Source: Tubulanus polymorphus
Taxonomy: Eukaryota; Animalia; Nemertea
Reading direction: 5' to 3'
NCBI RefSeq assembly: GCF_964204645.1
Contig: NC_134028.1
Location: 20,273,245-20,337,244 of the forward strand
Length of the DNA stretch: 64,000 nucleotides
The notes beneath the pieces are model-generated. The model had not been told where the DNA came from. It did no database searches and saw nothing but the letters and a program-made list of their open reading frames with translations. This document shows, piece after piece, positions 12,601 through 25,100 of the stretch; positions within the stretch are counted from its first letter, which is position 1, and each line of letters starts with the position of its first letter. The translations under genes and the position numbers were made by a program.

Positions 12601-15600
12601 TTGATAGCGGAGGTGGGGTGAATATTCAGTGATAAACAGCAAGGGTGGGGTGAATATTCAGTGATAAACAGCAGGGTGTGGGGTGAATATTCAGTGATTG
12701 ATAGCGGAGGTGGGGTGAATATTCAGTGATAAACAGCAGGGGTGGGTGAATATTCAGTGATTGATAGCGGAGGTGGGGTGAATATTCAGTGATTGACAGC
12801 AGGGGTGGGGTGAATATTAATTCAGGGATTGACGGCGGGGGGTGGCGTGAAAATTCAGTGTGATTGACCTGGATCTCACCTGACAACACCTCGTACTAAA
12901 ACACGATTCTTGGTTCGGTTCATCTGTGAATCGTACGGAACTTCTAAAAACTACAAACAAACAAGATACACAATCATCATTTATTGATAGTATACATGAT
13001 CCAATTCTAAAATTCAGGACCTACTTTCACAGTTCTGAGGACAGGTAAAACGTATGTAGGAAATGAACTAATTTCAAGTTAAGTTAAACATAGAACTTGA
13101 GTTCAGAACTTTGGAATTGGGTTTAGAACAGTGAAACTGGATCCAGAACTGTAGAACTGAATCTTGAACAGTAGAAATCGGTCCAGAACCCAGGAACTGG
13201 ATCCAGAACTGTAGAACTGGGTCCAGAACTGAGGAACTGGGTCCAAACCTGAGGGACTGGGTCCAGAACTGAAGTAGAACTGGATCCAGAAGAGTGGAAC
13301 TAAGTCCTGAGGTGCCCTGTCTTACTGTCCGTACCTGATTGGTCGAATTAGCAGCTGCTGATAAAAGTCCAGTGCCCACTGAACACAATATAAAATCGAT
13401 TAAATGAAAAGTTTCTGGTGCCATTCCGTAACCAGCCATTGTTGTTAAAACTACCAGACCTGAAATCATACCAATCAAACAGTCAAACTCTTGTCCAACA
13501 GATGACTAAACCAGGATCCAGCTGCACGGTTTTCGGTAATGATTTACACTTAAGAATAGATTGTGAATTTCCAATGTCAAATACTAACCTAGAATCGGGT
13601 CCAGAACTGCAGAACCAGCTCCAAAACCGTGGAACTGGATCCAGAACTGTGGAACTGGATCTAGAACCGTGGACCTAGATCCATAATTGTGGAACTGGAT
13701 CCAGAACTGCAGTACTAGATCCAAAACTGTGGAACTAGATCCATAATTGTGGGACTGGATCCAGAACTGCAGAACTAGATCCAAAACTGTGGAACTGGAT
13801 CTAGAACTGTGGAACTAGATCCATAATTGTAGAACTGGATCCAGAACTGTTGAACTAAATACAGAATGCAGAATTGGATCCAGAACTATGGAACTGGTTC
13901 TTGAACTGTGGAACTGGATCCTGTACTGTGGAACTGGATCCAGAACTGTGGAAACTTGATTTACACTGTTACCTGTTAATCTAGATTTAGATAAACCCAA
14001 ATAAATAGAAGCGAGATCTTTAGTATTAATAGTCTGTTGTTTCCACATGACGTCCTCTATAGATTCCACGGTGGGCATGCCTTCAGATTCCGCAGTGGGT
14101 AGTGCCCCGGGACTGGGCACCCCCGAACCCAGTGTTTGATCTAATTGATATTTATTTATGATGTCACTAGCATCATCTCTACTCATTGTGATTAAACTGT
14201 TTCGCTGTTTATAATACAGAGATATGTGCACATCTTCCACTAGTTTACTGCTATCCACACCGCAACTATCCTCTGTTTCCACTTTATCCACATCATCGCT
14301 GCCGCTGCAGGCATCACATTTTTCACTGATTATTCGAGGTTTACCAGTGACTCGTCCATACTGAAATATATAAATACGCCTTGAGATCCCACGAGTACAG
14401 ACATAAGCGGGGCCACTAAGAGTAAGACTATGAAAGCTGGGTCCCAGACCAGCGTACATATAAACGGGAGCTCAGGGCCCGGGAAGTGGAAGGACAGGGC
14501 CCCAGAGCAAGAAGAACCCACCTGGGCGGTTATGGATAAGGTTTCAGGTCAAAACGTTCTCGCTTTCATCGGTCAAAACGTCCTCACTCACACCAGAATA
14601 ACTTAATAAATTCCTTAAATGCATGGTTCATTACTACTGTTTTATCGACTGAGTTATAAGCTTTAATATATGACCTTTTAATATATGAAATTTGAGGGGT
14701 ATTTGAGGGGCTTTTGAGGGTATGATCACCAAATTTGAGAGTCATTTTTCACGACAAAAACCTAATTGATACATAAAACAGTACCTATGAAACGCCTTGT
14801 GAAACCCCTGTAAGTCACGTTACAGGGCGTTACAGCCGTTACACCCTTGTTACAGGGTGTTACATAGCGTTACACATATTTCACTTTTAGTTACTAGGGT
14901 TTCACATGGTGTTACAGGGCATTATTGCCTGTTACAGCCTTGTTACAGGGTGTTACATAGCGTTACACATATTTCGCTTTAGAGTTACAGGGGTTTCACG
15001 TAGCCTTATAGGGCGTTACAGCCTGTTACACCCTTGTTACAGGGTGTTACATAACGTTACACATATTTCACTTTTAGTTTTACTAGGGTTTCATATAGCG
15101 TTACAGGGCGTTACGGCTAGTTACACCCTTGCTTGTTACAGATATTTCACTTTAGTTACTAGGGTTTCACATAGCGTTACACTACAGGGCATTACAGCCT
15201 GTTACACCCTTGTTACAGGGTGTTACATAGCGTTACACTTATTTCACTTTGACTTACAGGGGTTTCAGACTGTAGTGTTACTGCATTGCCATTAGGATAT
15301 TTGCATTCTTTGACAGTTTCGCAAAGTAGATTATATGAAGTTACAACGCGAAAATATCCTTTTGGCTTTCCAAAAATGAAGTACAACCTAATGTAACATG
15401 TTACTTGTAACTTGATGAGAAGTTAAGCATTTCTCTGTCCCATTTTAAGCCTTTAATAAACCAACCAACCAAATTCCAAAATCCAATCAGTTTTAATGTT
15501 ACCTTCCTACTGCTAATGCTGCTGCTGATAGATGCCGTACTTGAAAACCCTAGCAGTAGCCTCTGATGTTGATACTGCTGTATCAAATATTGACAGTATC

Positions 15601-15637
15601 TAATCCTGCTAACATTAAACACTAATCTAAACATCAT
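9678..15637 (-). CDS. COX10: Protoheme IX farnesyltransferase (heme O synthase), mitochondrial; 6 exons: 15637-15503, 14360-13973, 13459-13335, 12950-12880, 11896-11664, 10108-9678 (1383 nt, ~460 aa)
   Basis: UbiA/COX10 motifs [65 protein letters not shown] and [26 protein letters not shown]. All junctions are GT-AG and phase-consistent. The Arg/Ser-rich N-terminus looks like a transit peptide. Confidence 0.95.
10460..11645. repeat. G-rich minisatellite in COX10 intron 5; ~39-bp unit GTGTTACTGAAAGGGAGGGAGTGTTAGTGTAGGGAGTGG
   Basis: Directly visible tandem array; the unit is two ~19-20-bp GTGTTA-headed subunits. Confidence 0.95.
11932..12870. repeat. G-rich minisatellite filling COX10 intron 4; ~31-bp unit CAGTGATTGATAGCAGGGTGGGGTGAATATT
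   Basis: About 30 directly visible tandem copies. Confidence 0.95.
13090..13960. repeat. ~20-bp minisatellite CCAGAACTGTGGAACTGGAT in two blocks (~13090-13300 and ~13590-13960) flanking COX10 exon 3
   Basis: Directly visible; it explains the spurious [10 protein letters not shown] ORFs. Confidence 0.9.
14805..15265. repeat. GTTACA-based compound tandem repeat in COX10 intron 1
   Basis: Repeated GTTACAGGG/GTTACACCC/GTTACATAGC units in a ~90-bp higher-order repeat. Confidence 0.85.
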
Positions 15638-16105
15638 CTCATCATTATTTGATTATATATATAGGAATCAATTTTCAATAAAGTAAATTCAATTCAATGT
15701 GGTGTGTGACTCGTTGTCATTCTTCAGAACCTGTTCGAATCATTGGGCCGTACCCATCTATCTATTAAGTGGTAAACACTCTGCAGCCCTAACAGGCCAA
15801 TTAACTTTATTTCTACAATTTGATTTTCACTGGCTTTGATTTCATGTGTGTTTATTTTACTACAATGATGGTCAATAAAGTGTACCTCATTGAATTTGTA
15901 AAACGCGGATTAGGATTATAGGACTAGTTTTAAGTCCAAAACCGATTTTTAATCAGTCAGTCCCACCTAGCGGTTAGTTTGAACGAATCAGCAACTAGTA
16001 ACCGCTAGATGTAAATAGATGAAACTGATACATGAATTATTTTGAAATGTTTATTGAAAACTAATAGTTGGAGCACTGACCGACTGACAGCAGCATTCAT
16101 TCACA
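15638..16105. promoter_or_regulatory. Putative bidirectional promoter between COX10 and CCNF
   Basis: Divergent start codons at 15637 (-) and 16106 (+) are ~470 bp apart. Inferred from geometry only. Confidence 0.55.
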
Positions 16106-19100
16106 ATGAAAGGTAAGATGAATGCCTTTCATTATCCGCTAACAACGTTGTCGTTAGTTATAACGACAACGTTAAGAATGAAGAAAGTCATTAATTAATG
16201 ACTATTCTATTTTAATTCAACTTTTTTTGTAGTCTACTAACTAATGTCTATTTATTAATTGATGAGACCTGTTTTTCTGGGATATTTTGCTTACTTTTTG
16301 GGGCACATACCTCATTTATGTCTTAACAGAATGCCAAAAATCGCGGACAACAACTGAATATCCGATATTATTCCAGTTCTGTACCGATTAGATGGATTGG
16401 CAAAAAGACTCCTTAAGTCCAGTTGAATGAGAGAGAAAATCCTCCATTTTGTGAAATTTCTTGGATTTGAACATTGTTACCATGCCTACGCCACCCTGAT
16501 TTAGTTGTTGAGACCCCACAAGAAAAAAAACTTCATTTTGTAGGCATGGTGACAATGTAAAAATTCAAGAAATTTGGGGAACAACAGCCGCCTAGCTAGA
16601 GGTAATTAGGCTAGTAGACTACGGTCGGGTTAGTGTAGTAGTAGTAGGTAGTAGTAGTACACCATGATCCTCCCCCTGCAGGGATTCGCACCTGGCGGCA
16701 TCAAGATTGGCACCACAGTACGAAACCCTTTCTGCCCTCACTAACTAGACCGAGTGCGCAGGCTGTTACATGCGCAGCTTAGATGATGTCATTATCAGCC
16801 AATCAGATATCCCGTTTTATTTTAGCGCGGGTTTTCTCATTTATTTTAGTTCTTCCGTGAAATTTACCTCAGCGTTTATGTGACAAGGTGTATAACAGCA
16901 TCCCCGCTAGCTGAGCTATTCCTTACGGCTCAGCGGAAGAGCGTTGGCCTTGGACGCCAGGCATCGAGAGTTCAAATCTCGGAAAGGACAGATATTTCTT
17001 GCTGTTACATTTATACAATGAGTAATCTGATTGGTGCCGCAAGTTTTCGTGCGCTTGTACTGGCGCATCCGTTCACTGCGGTAGAGGTTTGTTCCGTGGC
17101 TGAGTGTAGTGATGCCATCAGGTTCAAATACACTCCGAGCCGAGGGAGGATGCATGATAGTACACAGGCACTCGTCGATGGGCTTGGGATACAGTTCCTT
17201 GGGTTTTTGATAGTGTATAGATCTGTGTTTTCAGTGGTTATTCTGCAATAAATCAAAGAAAAAACATCTTGCTACTGATACGTTTAAAAAGATAATGGCC
17301 ATTGGCACCACGCATGGCCACATCACGAAACACTAACAAACTTCACTTTTCAATCTAAAATTAAATTTTATTTTATATGACACTTAGGCCTACTTGTGAT
17401 ATAACAGTTATATATCCTATAATTCCATCCGACTGTGAGACACTATCAATTAGTGAAACGTCTTTAGTAATATAAAAGACATTAAAGACGTTTCACAAAC
17501 TTACTTAATCCTCTTCACCCCTTCAGGGACATAGGCCTTCTGGGCCTAAAGGCCGTGACGAACTTCTTCCACTTGGACCAGTCCTTAGCTGTGTGTTGAG
17601 CCTGGTGCCAGATAAGACCAGCTGAAGACAGTTCAGTGGTGATGGTGCGTTTTCTGGGGCAGCCATGCTTACATCTATAGGGAGGGGTCCATCTCAGTGC
17701 ATTTTTTGGGATACGAGACTGATTCATCATCCTGAGGGTGTGTCCGAGCCGATTCATTCTTCTACGCTTAATCTTAACTCTAGTAGTGGTATGCTGTTCC
17801 TTTGCAAGGTAAAGGGCAGTTATGACAGCTATGTCAGAGAAAACCCAATGTTGAAACTGCTCTAATTGCTTACGATGAGGTGTGTTGCTGTCATTTAGGA
17901 TCTTCTGAGATTTTGGACGCTGAGATATGCTACAAGATTTCCTCAATCAGGCTGTATAATTAGTAGGAACGGCTTAAGGCCCTAAAAATAGGCCTATAGC
18001 ACTTCTTCACATTCCCCACTCTCTAGTTCAAGCTTGAAGTTTTGATAACTCTTTAGAGAAGGCAATCGCCATTGAAAATTCTGTTGTAATTACTTGTTTT
18101 CTTTTTGATATTCTTTAGTTATTGCGGCAAATGTTAAATGTAGACTAACAAATGCTGGCAGCAGTTATCGTAAATCTCTCACCGGCCCTCCGACCCCTGC
18201 AGCATCAACGCCAGAATGTGGCTCCCCCGCTGCGAGACTGACTTGTATCTGGAATTTACCCGAAGAATTAGTCGTTCAACTTCTCAAATCTTTACCTATA
18301 AAAGACTTACTAAATATGAGACAGGTAAGTCCCCCCCTCGCCAGGGTAGGCCTGCTCGGTCGGGAGAGCCGAAATTTCTCTTGGAGTGGTAAATAGCTGA
18401 TGTATTCATTGACTTTATTTTGTAGGTTCATCGCGGGTTTCGCGATTTGATAGATAATAATTCGATTCTTTATCAAACTGTTTGTTTTTACGATCAATGG
18501 CCGTCGTCTACAAACATAAAACACTTCGAATTGGCGGCAAAACACAACAATCTGCAAGCTCTCATTAAATTAGGAGTGGCTTATCTGTATAACGAAGGCT
18601 GTAAGTATTGAATTAATATCATGGAACTTCCTGGCTATACAGTTTACTGGGACTTAGTGACTTTCGAATTCATGATGTTTCCCAGTTTGGAAATATTTTG
18701 GAATTTGACAAATTTTCCTCTAATCGTGGAAATTCATTTTAAACTTCATTTAGGACTTCTAGCATAGTTCTTGCGCAAGGGTATCTTTCTTCGGCAATTT
18801 TTTTTCTTTAATAAACCTTAGTCCACCAGTCCTCTGTTGACATCTCTATGATGCTATGATGGTGTATTTCCATACTTGGGAAACCCATGAAATATTTGGA
18901 ACAAACTCGAGAATTTTGAATTCATGATGTTACTGACTAGAAACGATGTATCGTATAAAAATCACTGGTGTTTTATGCCAAAGCTGGTTTATAGTTAACT
19001 GGTAAATATTGATGTATTTCAGTACCGAGTGATGTGGAAGGGAAGCAGATATTCGCTAATGGGATACAAGCTGCCAGGTTATTCTGTCACGCCGAGAGTT

Positions 19101-22100
19101 TAACGGCGAATATCGACGCGTTCACCTGGTTATTTATCCGTCCGCCGTGGTCGAACACCGGGGCGTGTTGTAAAGAGTGCGTCTTCAAAAACATGGTCAA
19201 CTACGTGCATGAGGTAAACTGATGGGATAGACGAATCACCTGCGTAGGGAGGCATGGGGCAGTTAAGCGGGTTACGACAAACCATCCGAAAAATGTCTGC
19301 ATTCAAGAAAAAAAAATAATTTTTCCAAAATCGAATAAAACCTTGGATTTCTGTCCTGAAGATGCAGTGCTCTCCACTACAGGTGTTAGAGGGGTGGGCA
19401 CCCCTTTTCATTTTTACATCAACCCCTCTAAAAATCAGCCACCCTTTATAAGATATCTGCCTGCCCCTACCAGAGTGGATTTCAATGTTCTGCTGAACGT
19501 TGCCTTGATTTTGAGATATATTGAGCTACTGTGAAAAATTCTTTAAATATTACCCCGAAATGAAGCTTAATTTTCTGCATTTTGGGGGAGAGTCGAAAGT
19601 CTTGCTACTTCAGCATCCCCTTCGAAATTCCAGTATATGGAGAACACTGCTATGTTCTTCTAGTCCAATAGGCCTATACTAAAGACTGTCATTGAACTAT
19701 ACAAAGGAAGCCTTGAACTTTAAGCGTTGCAGTCAAAACGCAATGTTATTACCTTGAGGCATTTTGAAAAGGTGCACATTTTAAGCTGAAAACAAACTGC
19801 CCAACTCAGTCAAGCAACAGGCCGGAGTATCGTCCATGTTCTTAGCCTATACACTTATTCTATATCAATTTCAGACTAATGATGCCGGCGTAGCGATGTG
19901 CGTCAGTAAAACTCTCAGTTTATTCGCCGATGAAGACAGTTTTAAACGAATGAACAGTTATTTACTGCGAGCGGCCAATCAGAGATCGCAGTCGGCATTG
20001 TTTACAATTTGGAAAAATAAATATCACAAAAAGGTACGCACCATCAACATATTACCATAGTTACTCATTGGTATCAGGACAATTGTCCCCCAGTTAAATC
20101 TTTTTAATCTTAAAGTAACACAGATATTTACTTCTAATTAATTACACAAAGTGAACTAACTCTAGCTAATTAGGGCAGCTAATTACTCTAGGACTGATTT
20201 AAAGTTTTTGATTGGCTGAAGTAACACAAACTAATTCCAATAAATTAGCCAACGTTAACTAATGCACTAATAAGTGGACTAATTAAATTTCCTTTAATTT
20301 TGTAAGTGAATTGTAATTACTCAAGGGCTGATTTAAAGTTTTTGATCTGCACACAACATATCAGTACATCTATATCTTATAAATCTATATTCAATTATAT
20401 GCAAATGAATTTCTAAATAAAGTATTTAGGTGGTGTTATTCCAAATCAAAAAGGATTTTATTCGGGGGGAGGGGGGGCAATAGAATCTTACCCTGTGTTG
20501 CGCAGTGTTACTGACTATGGTCTCCACTATAACTGGTAGGTGCACTCTTTTGTCACTGTTGTTTTGTTTGTTTCTGTCTGTTATATCTTTGAACCCAGGA
20601 CTGAGTTGATTATACCGTAGAGAACAAATAATGGAATATGATACTTTTTGAGATCTTTATTCAGACGCAGACAATGGCGTCCACACCAGTTCTACAAAAA
20701 GCCTCGACACGTGACCCCTATATCACAAAATCGATTGAACCCTGTGGCGGGGGGGCACTGATGCGGAAAACTTGGGGAATCAAAACAATCTTAAAGAAAA
20801 TCGGGGAAAACTCAGAGAGAATAGAATTTGACAAATTTTAACAAAAATTCTGGGAATTCGAATTACTGTTAACTAATACTACATCGATATGTGATTTAAT
20901 GAAAAATGAATGAATTTTAGCATTTTAAACCTAGAAATTTCTCTGACTGACTCCGGGCATTTTGCTTAATCACATGGAAAAATCCGGATTTGTAAATGGG
21001 TGTCAAGTCAGTGGCCACCCAGCTGTGGTAACTAGTTTATTGCCGGTTTCTCGCCGTAACTTGTAGTTCTGCGTTGTCGTTACAGGTTCTGGACCGCGGT
21101 GCTGAGTTGATGATCATGCGCGAGTTGAGAGACATAGCCGCGATGGGTTATACCCCGGCTCAATTAGCTCTCTGTCGCAACTACGTCTGCGGTAACTACG
21201 CCGGAATACCCCGTAATCAAGCCGTTTCAACCGTGAAGAACTTCATACAATCATCTACAGCTACTAGAATTAATTCATGTTATAAATTGAATAAAGATTT
21301 AACGCATTCGATGAGGTAAATATTTTTAAATCTGAGCATAATCTATAAGGAAGAAGATACTGATAGGATAGTTCTGGTTGATCGTTGATATTGTAGCTAA
21401 TGTTCTGGTTGAATATTTGTGTTGCAGTTATATTCTGGTTGATTGTTTATATTGTAGGTATATTTTGGTTGCTTGCTTATATTGAATTTAATTTATAATT
21501 TGGTCATTTGTTTATATTGTAAGTATAATTTGATCAATTGATTATGTATTGGTTAGGTATATTCTGGTTGAGCATTTATATAGTTACGTATGGCTGCTTG
21601 TTTATAATCTAGGTTTAAAATTCTGGTTGTTTATATTATGGATAGTTTAATATTTATGGATAATTTGGTAAATTGTTAACATTGTAGGTATGTTTTGGTT
21701 TATTGTTTATATTGTAGAGGTATATTCTGGTTGTTAATTTGATCAACTGTGTATTTACATCATTGATTCATAGGTATATTCTGGCATCTAGTTTGAATTG
21801 TAGGGATAATTTGGTCAATTCTTTATATTGTAGGTATATTCTTGTTAATTGTTTATATTGTAGGTACATTTTGGTAGTTTGTTTATATTGTAGGTATTAT
21901 TCTGGTTGATGTTATGTTGAATCATATTTTGTTTGTTTGTTTATATTAAAGGTGTAATTTGCTCAATTGTTTAATTGTAGGTAATTCTGATTGATCATTT
22001 ATATTGCAGCTTTTATATTCTGGCTGCTTGTTTATCTGGTTGATTGGTTATATTGTAGGTATAATCTGGTCGATTGTTTATATTGTAGGTATATTCTGGT

Positions 22101-25100
22101 TGACTGGTTAGTAGAAGTTGCCAGTATGAAGAAGTTCTCCACCCGTACTCTACATGTGGCTATCAACGTCGTAGATCGATTTTTAAACGTTCATGATTTA
22201 TCTCGGGATAAACTTCAACTGCTCGGTGTTTCAGCGATGGTCGTCTGCTCCAGGTATTACTATATCCTACAGTTACCGGTATCCGTCCTCGCCCAGGCCC
22301 GCCAGTGGCAAAATGGCAGAGGGGTGGCCCAAAATCTAAAAAATAAAGGTCTCTCCCAGATGATTTTTCATGCCAGGAAATGTCGTTTTTAGGCGCCCCA
22401 GAATTCTCACGCTGCGAAACATCAATTTATTCGCAATTTTCCAAACAAACTCAGACAGTTCATTGTCTGAGACGGAAAATGTGCGCAGTGACCTTCATAT
22501 CTGAATAGTCTGCTATATCTTTATGCTCATCCATCGTAACACCAGCAACCTATAGTGTGAAGCAGCATCTCGCTATTCTGAGCAGAAAAACATGTTTTTG
22601 AAAAAAAAAAAAACTTCAACCCTGGCCTTCCCCTTCCGACTGCCTTATCACTGAGCAAACTTTTTTTTGTAGATATTTAGGCAAGGACATAATCACGATA
22701 AGGGAAGCTGCTTGGTTAACGGACAATACCTATAAATATGAAGATGTGGTGAGGATGATGGGTGAAGTTGTGGCGACTTTAAAAGGCAAAATACAGGTGA
22801 CATAATCAGTGATGTGCAGCGACTCTGATAACAGTATCGATTGCTGATGTCTCTAAGATTTGTGTTTTTATTTCAGGTTCTTACGGTTTATGATTATCTA
22901 GAGTTATTCGAGAATCTGCTCAGCGATAGTTTCACCGATAGATGCCGATATCTCGCCGAATATATCAGCGAATTGATAATGCTACACTGTCAACTCGGTT
23001 GCTATAAACAATCTCAACTCGCCGCCGGTGCTATTTTACTCACTAATATATTCAACAAAACCGGTAAGTGACTTCACCGCGCGAAGCTAAGCAATTCGCG
23101 ACCTGTGGAGGTGGCTCGCGGCTGTTGCGAACTGAGGGGGTATCAGACTACTTAGTCTGAGAGGGCAGCTTTGGACCACAGATCTATACAGTAGACTGCG
23201 CTGATTTTTTCGCCTGACAAAAAAATTCCTTGAAATTCCCCTTCTCCAATTCATGTGACGATGACCTTTCATCGCTTGGACTGCCCTGGAAATCCTGTAA
23301 GATCGGGGGCGAGCAGAGTCTACTGCCAGAGTGTTTGGTATTTTGTAACTAGCCGAGCGCCCAAGCCAGGGATGAGAATTTGTCGCTTTTTGGTGGTTTC
23401 CCGTTTTCGGTTATACCAATAGGAAATAAAAATTATGAGTGTTTCCCATATCATCCAACTCCGTTGAGAAAATGAGGGTAGGTTAGTGTGGTTAGTGGAA
23501 GCTAAGCTGAGTGATTGTCGACGTTGTTTCGTTAAGAAGTTCGGCAAGAATTAACTTCATGAGCGTTGAGTGCAGTGAGTCACTACACAGTCTGCTAGAC
23601 AAGACAAAATCAATACTTGGTACTTGAGGCAATCGAGTGTATTCATTTTGTAGGCATTATACGTTATATCTTCTTAGTTTGCTACGTACGTGTGGGACTT
23701 CGATCAACACTGTTGAGAGTAAACAAAACAACGACCAATCAGCGTCCTCCTTACATTTCATTTTGATTTATTGTTGTAAAGGACTCTAAAATCGACCTCA
23801 ACGCATGGCATATTCACATATTTTCGAGGCTTCGCTGCAGCGCAAAGAATCCCTGGTTCTCATCCCCGCGGACGGTGCGGTCACTCCCAACATTTGAAAG
23901 ACTCGATGAATGCGTTACGCACCTCTTTACCCAGTAGCAGATAAATATAGAAATTCACGCTGTAATTACAACTCTGTAACACGGAGAATCCGCCCAGTAT
24001 AACGTCTCTGATATCCGACGGCATAGTAATGAATACGGTAGCGGTGCTGGGCATCGTCGCTGCAATAAACACTACCGTTACGGTAACCAGCATCACCGTC
24101 GTCTGTCGAGTCTTCGCCGATTTACCGCCACCCGAACCGAGGTCGGATTGTTTGAATAATCTCGCCACGATCAGTACGTTGAACGCGGCCGTCAGCGATA
24201 TCGGAACCATGAATAGATACACGACCGAGAACGTGAATACGATCTGCTGTTGCCGGCGGTGGTCGTAATGACACCCGGCTTTCAGCGAAAACCTCATCAG
24301 AATTATACTCTGCGGAGTGCAGACGAGCCAGTTCGCGACGAGCACGATAGCGACGACTGCGCGGGCGAACCGGGGCGTGCAGACGACGCGCGTCGACAGC
24401 GGAAATAAAACGACCATCAGACGCTCGAAGCCGATTACCACGATCAGCCACGAGCTGCAGAATACCGACAACCGAAACGAGAACTCGTACAACGAACACT
24501 GGGCGAAACTCGTCAAATGCACTTTCGCTAAGCCGGCGACTTCAAACACGTAGCGCAAAACGGGCATCAAACACAGTCCGATCGACGTGCCGAGATCGCA
24601 TGCGGCGAGCGCGGCCAGATAATTGGAATACGAGAAACGCCGAAACCGTTTTCTGGTCATTATTAGAAAACTGGAGACGTTGCCAAATGCCCCGAACGCG
24701 AATATAGTCGTCGACGCGATCGTCCAGATTCGAGTGTCTCCCGGCAGATGAGATAAACCATTCAATACGATCGACGAGATATAGGCGTGAGCTATAGATG
24801 AGGGAGGAGAGGATGATGAATTCATGTCTGAGTTATCTGCTGCTGGTGTTAGGATAAACTCCTCAAATTCACTCTGAATCTCTCTCGGTTATCAATTAAC
24901 ATACTCTAAAATCTTTTAATCGAAATCAATCTCAACATTCAACGAAAGCACTCAACGCAAATCAATATTGATTTCTAAATGCATTTGACTGTTTCTTTAA
25001 AATGGTTTGATCGATATTGCTTGAAGTATAGAACTCTCTAAAAGTGTTTTAAAAATCATAGAAATATTAATAAGTATCAATGGATAAAAGCTAGACTTCT

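Noticed and set aside
11932-12870. Regular repeat arrays as a possible CRISPR array
   Set aside because: Units are head-to-tail with no unique spacers, there are no cas genes, and they lie in spliceosomal introns.
12626-13784. ORFs 12626-12889, 13418-13678, 13584-13784 and the tails of 13074-13478 and 13815-14459
   Set aside because: Translations of minisatellites; only the embedded COX10 exons are coding.
14361-14521. Possible upstream extension of COX10 exon 2 from cag|GTG at ~14521
   Set aside because: That frame differs from the COX10 frame and stops at 14330; the ttcag|TAT acceptor at 14360 fits the phase.
14906-15295. 129-aa hydrophobic ORF
   Set aside because: Product of the GTTACA tandem repeat.
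16880-17256. Three overlapping ORFs in CCNF intron 1
   Set aside because: No recognisable domain; embedded among repeat fragments; CCNF splices in frame without them.
24029-24553. Alternative-frame and antisense ORFs over the GPCR; likewise over CCNF exon 13 and 5850-6164
   Set aside because: Shadow ORFs of GC-rich coding sequence with no recognisable motifs.
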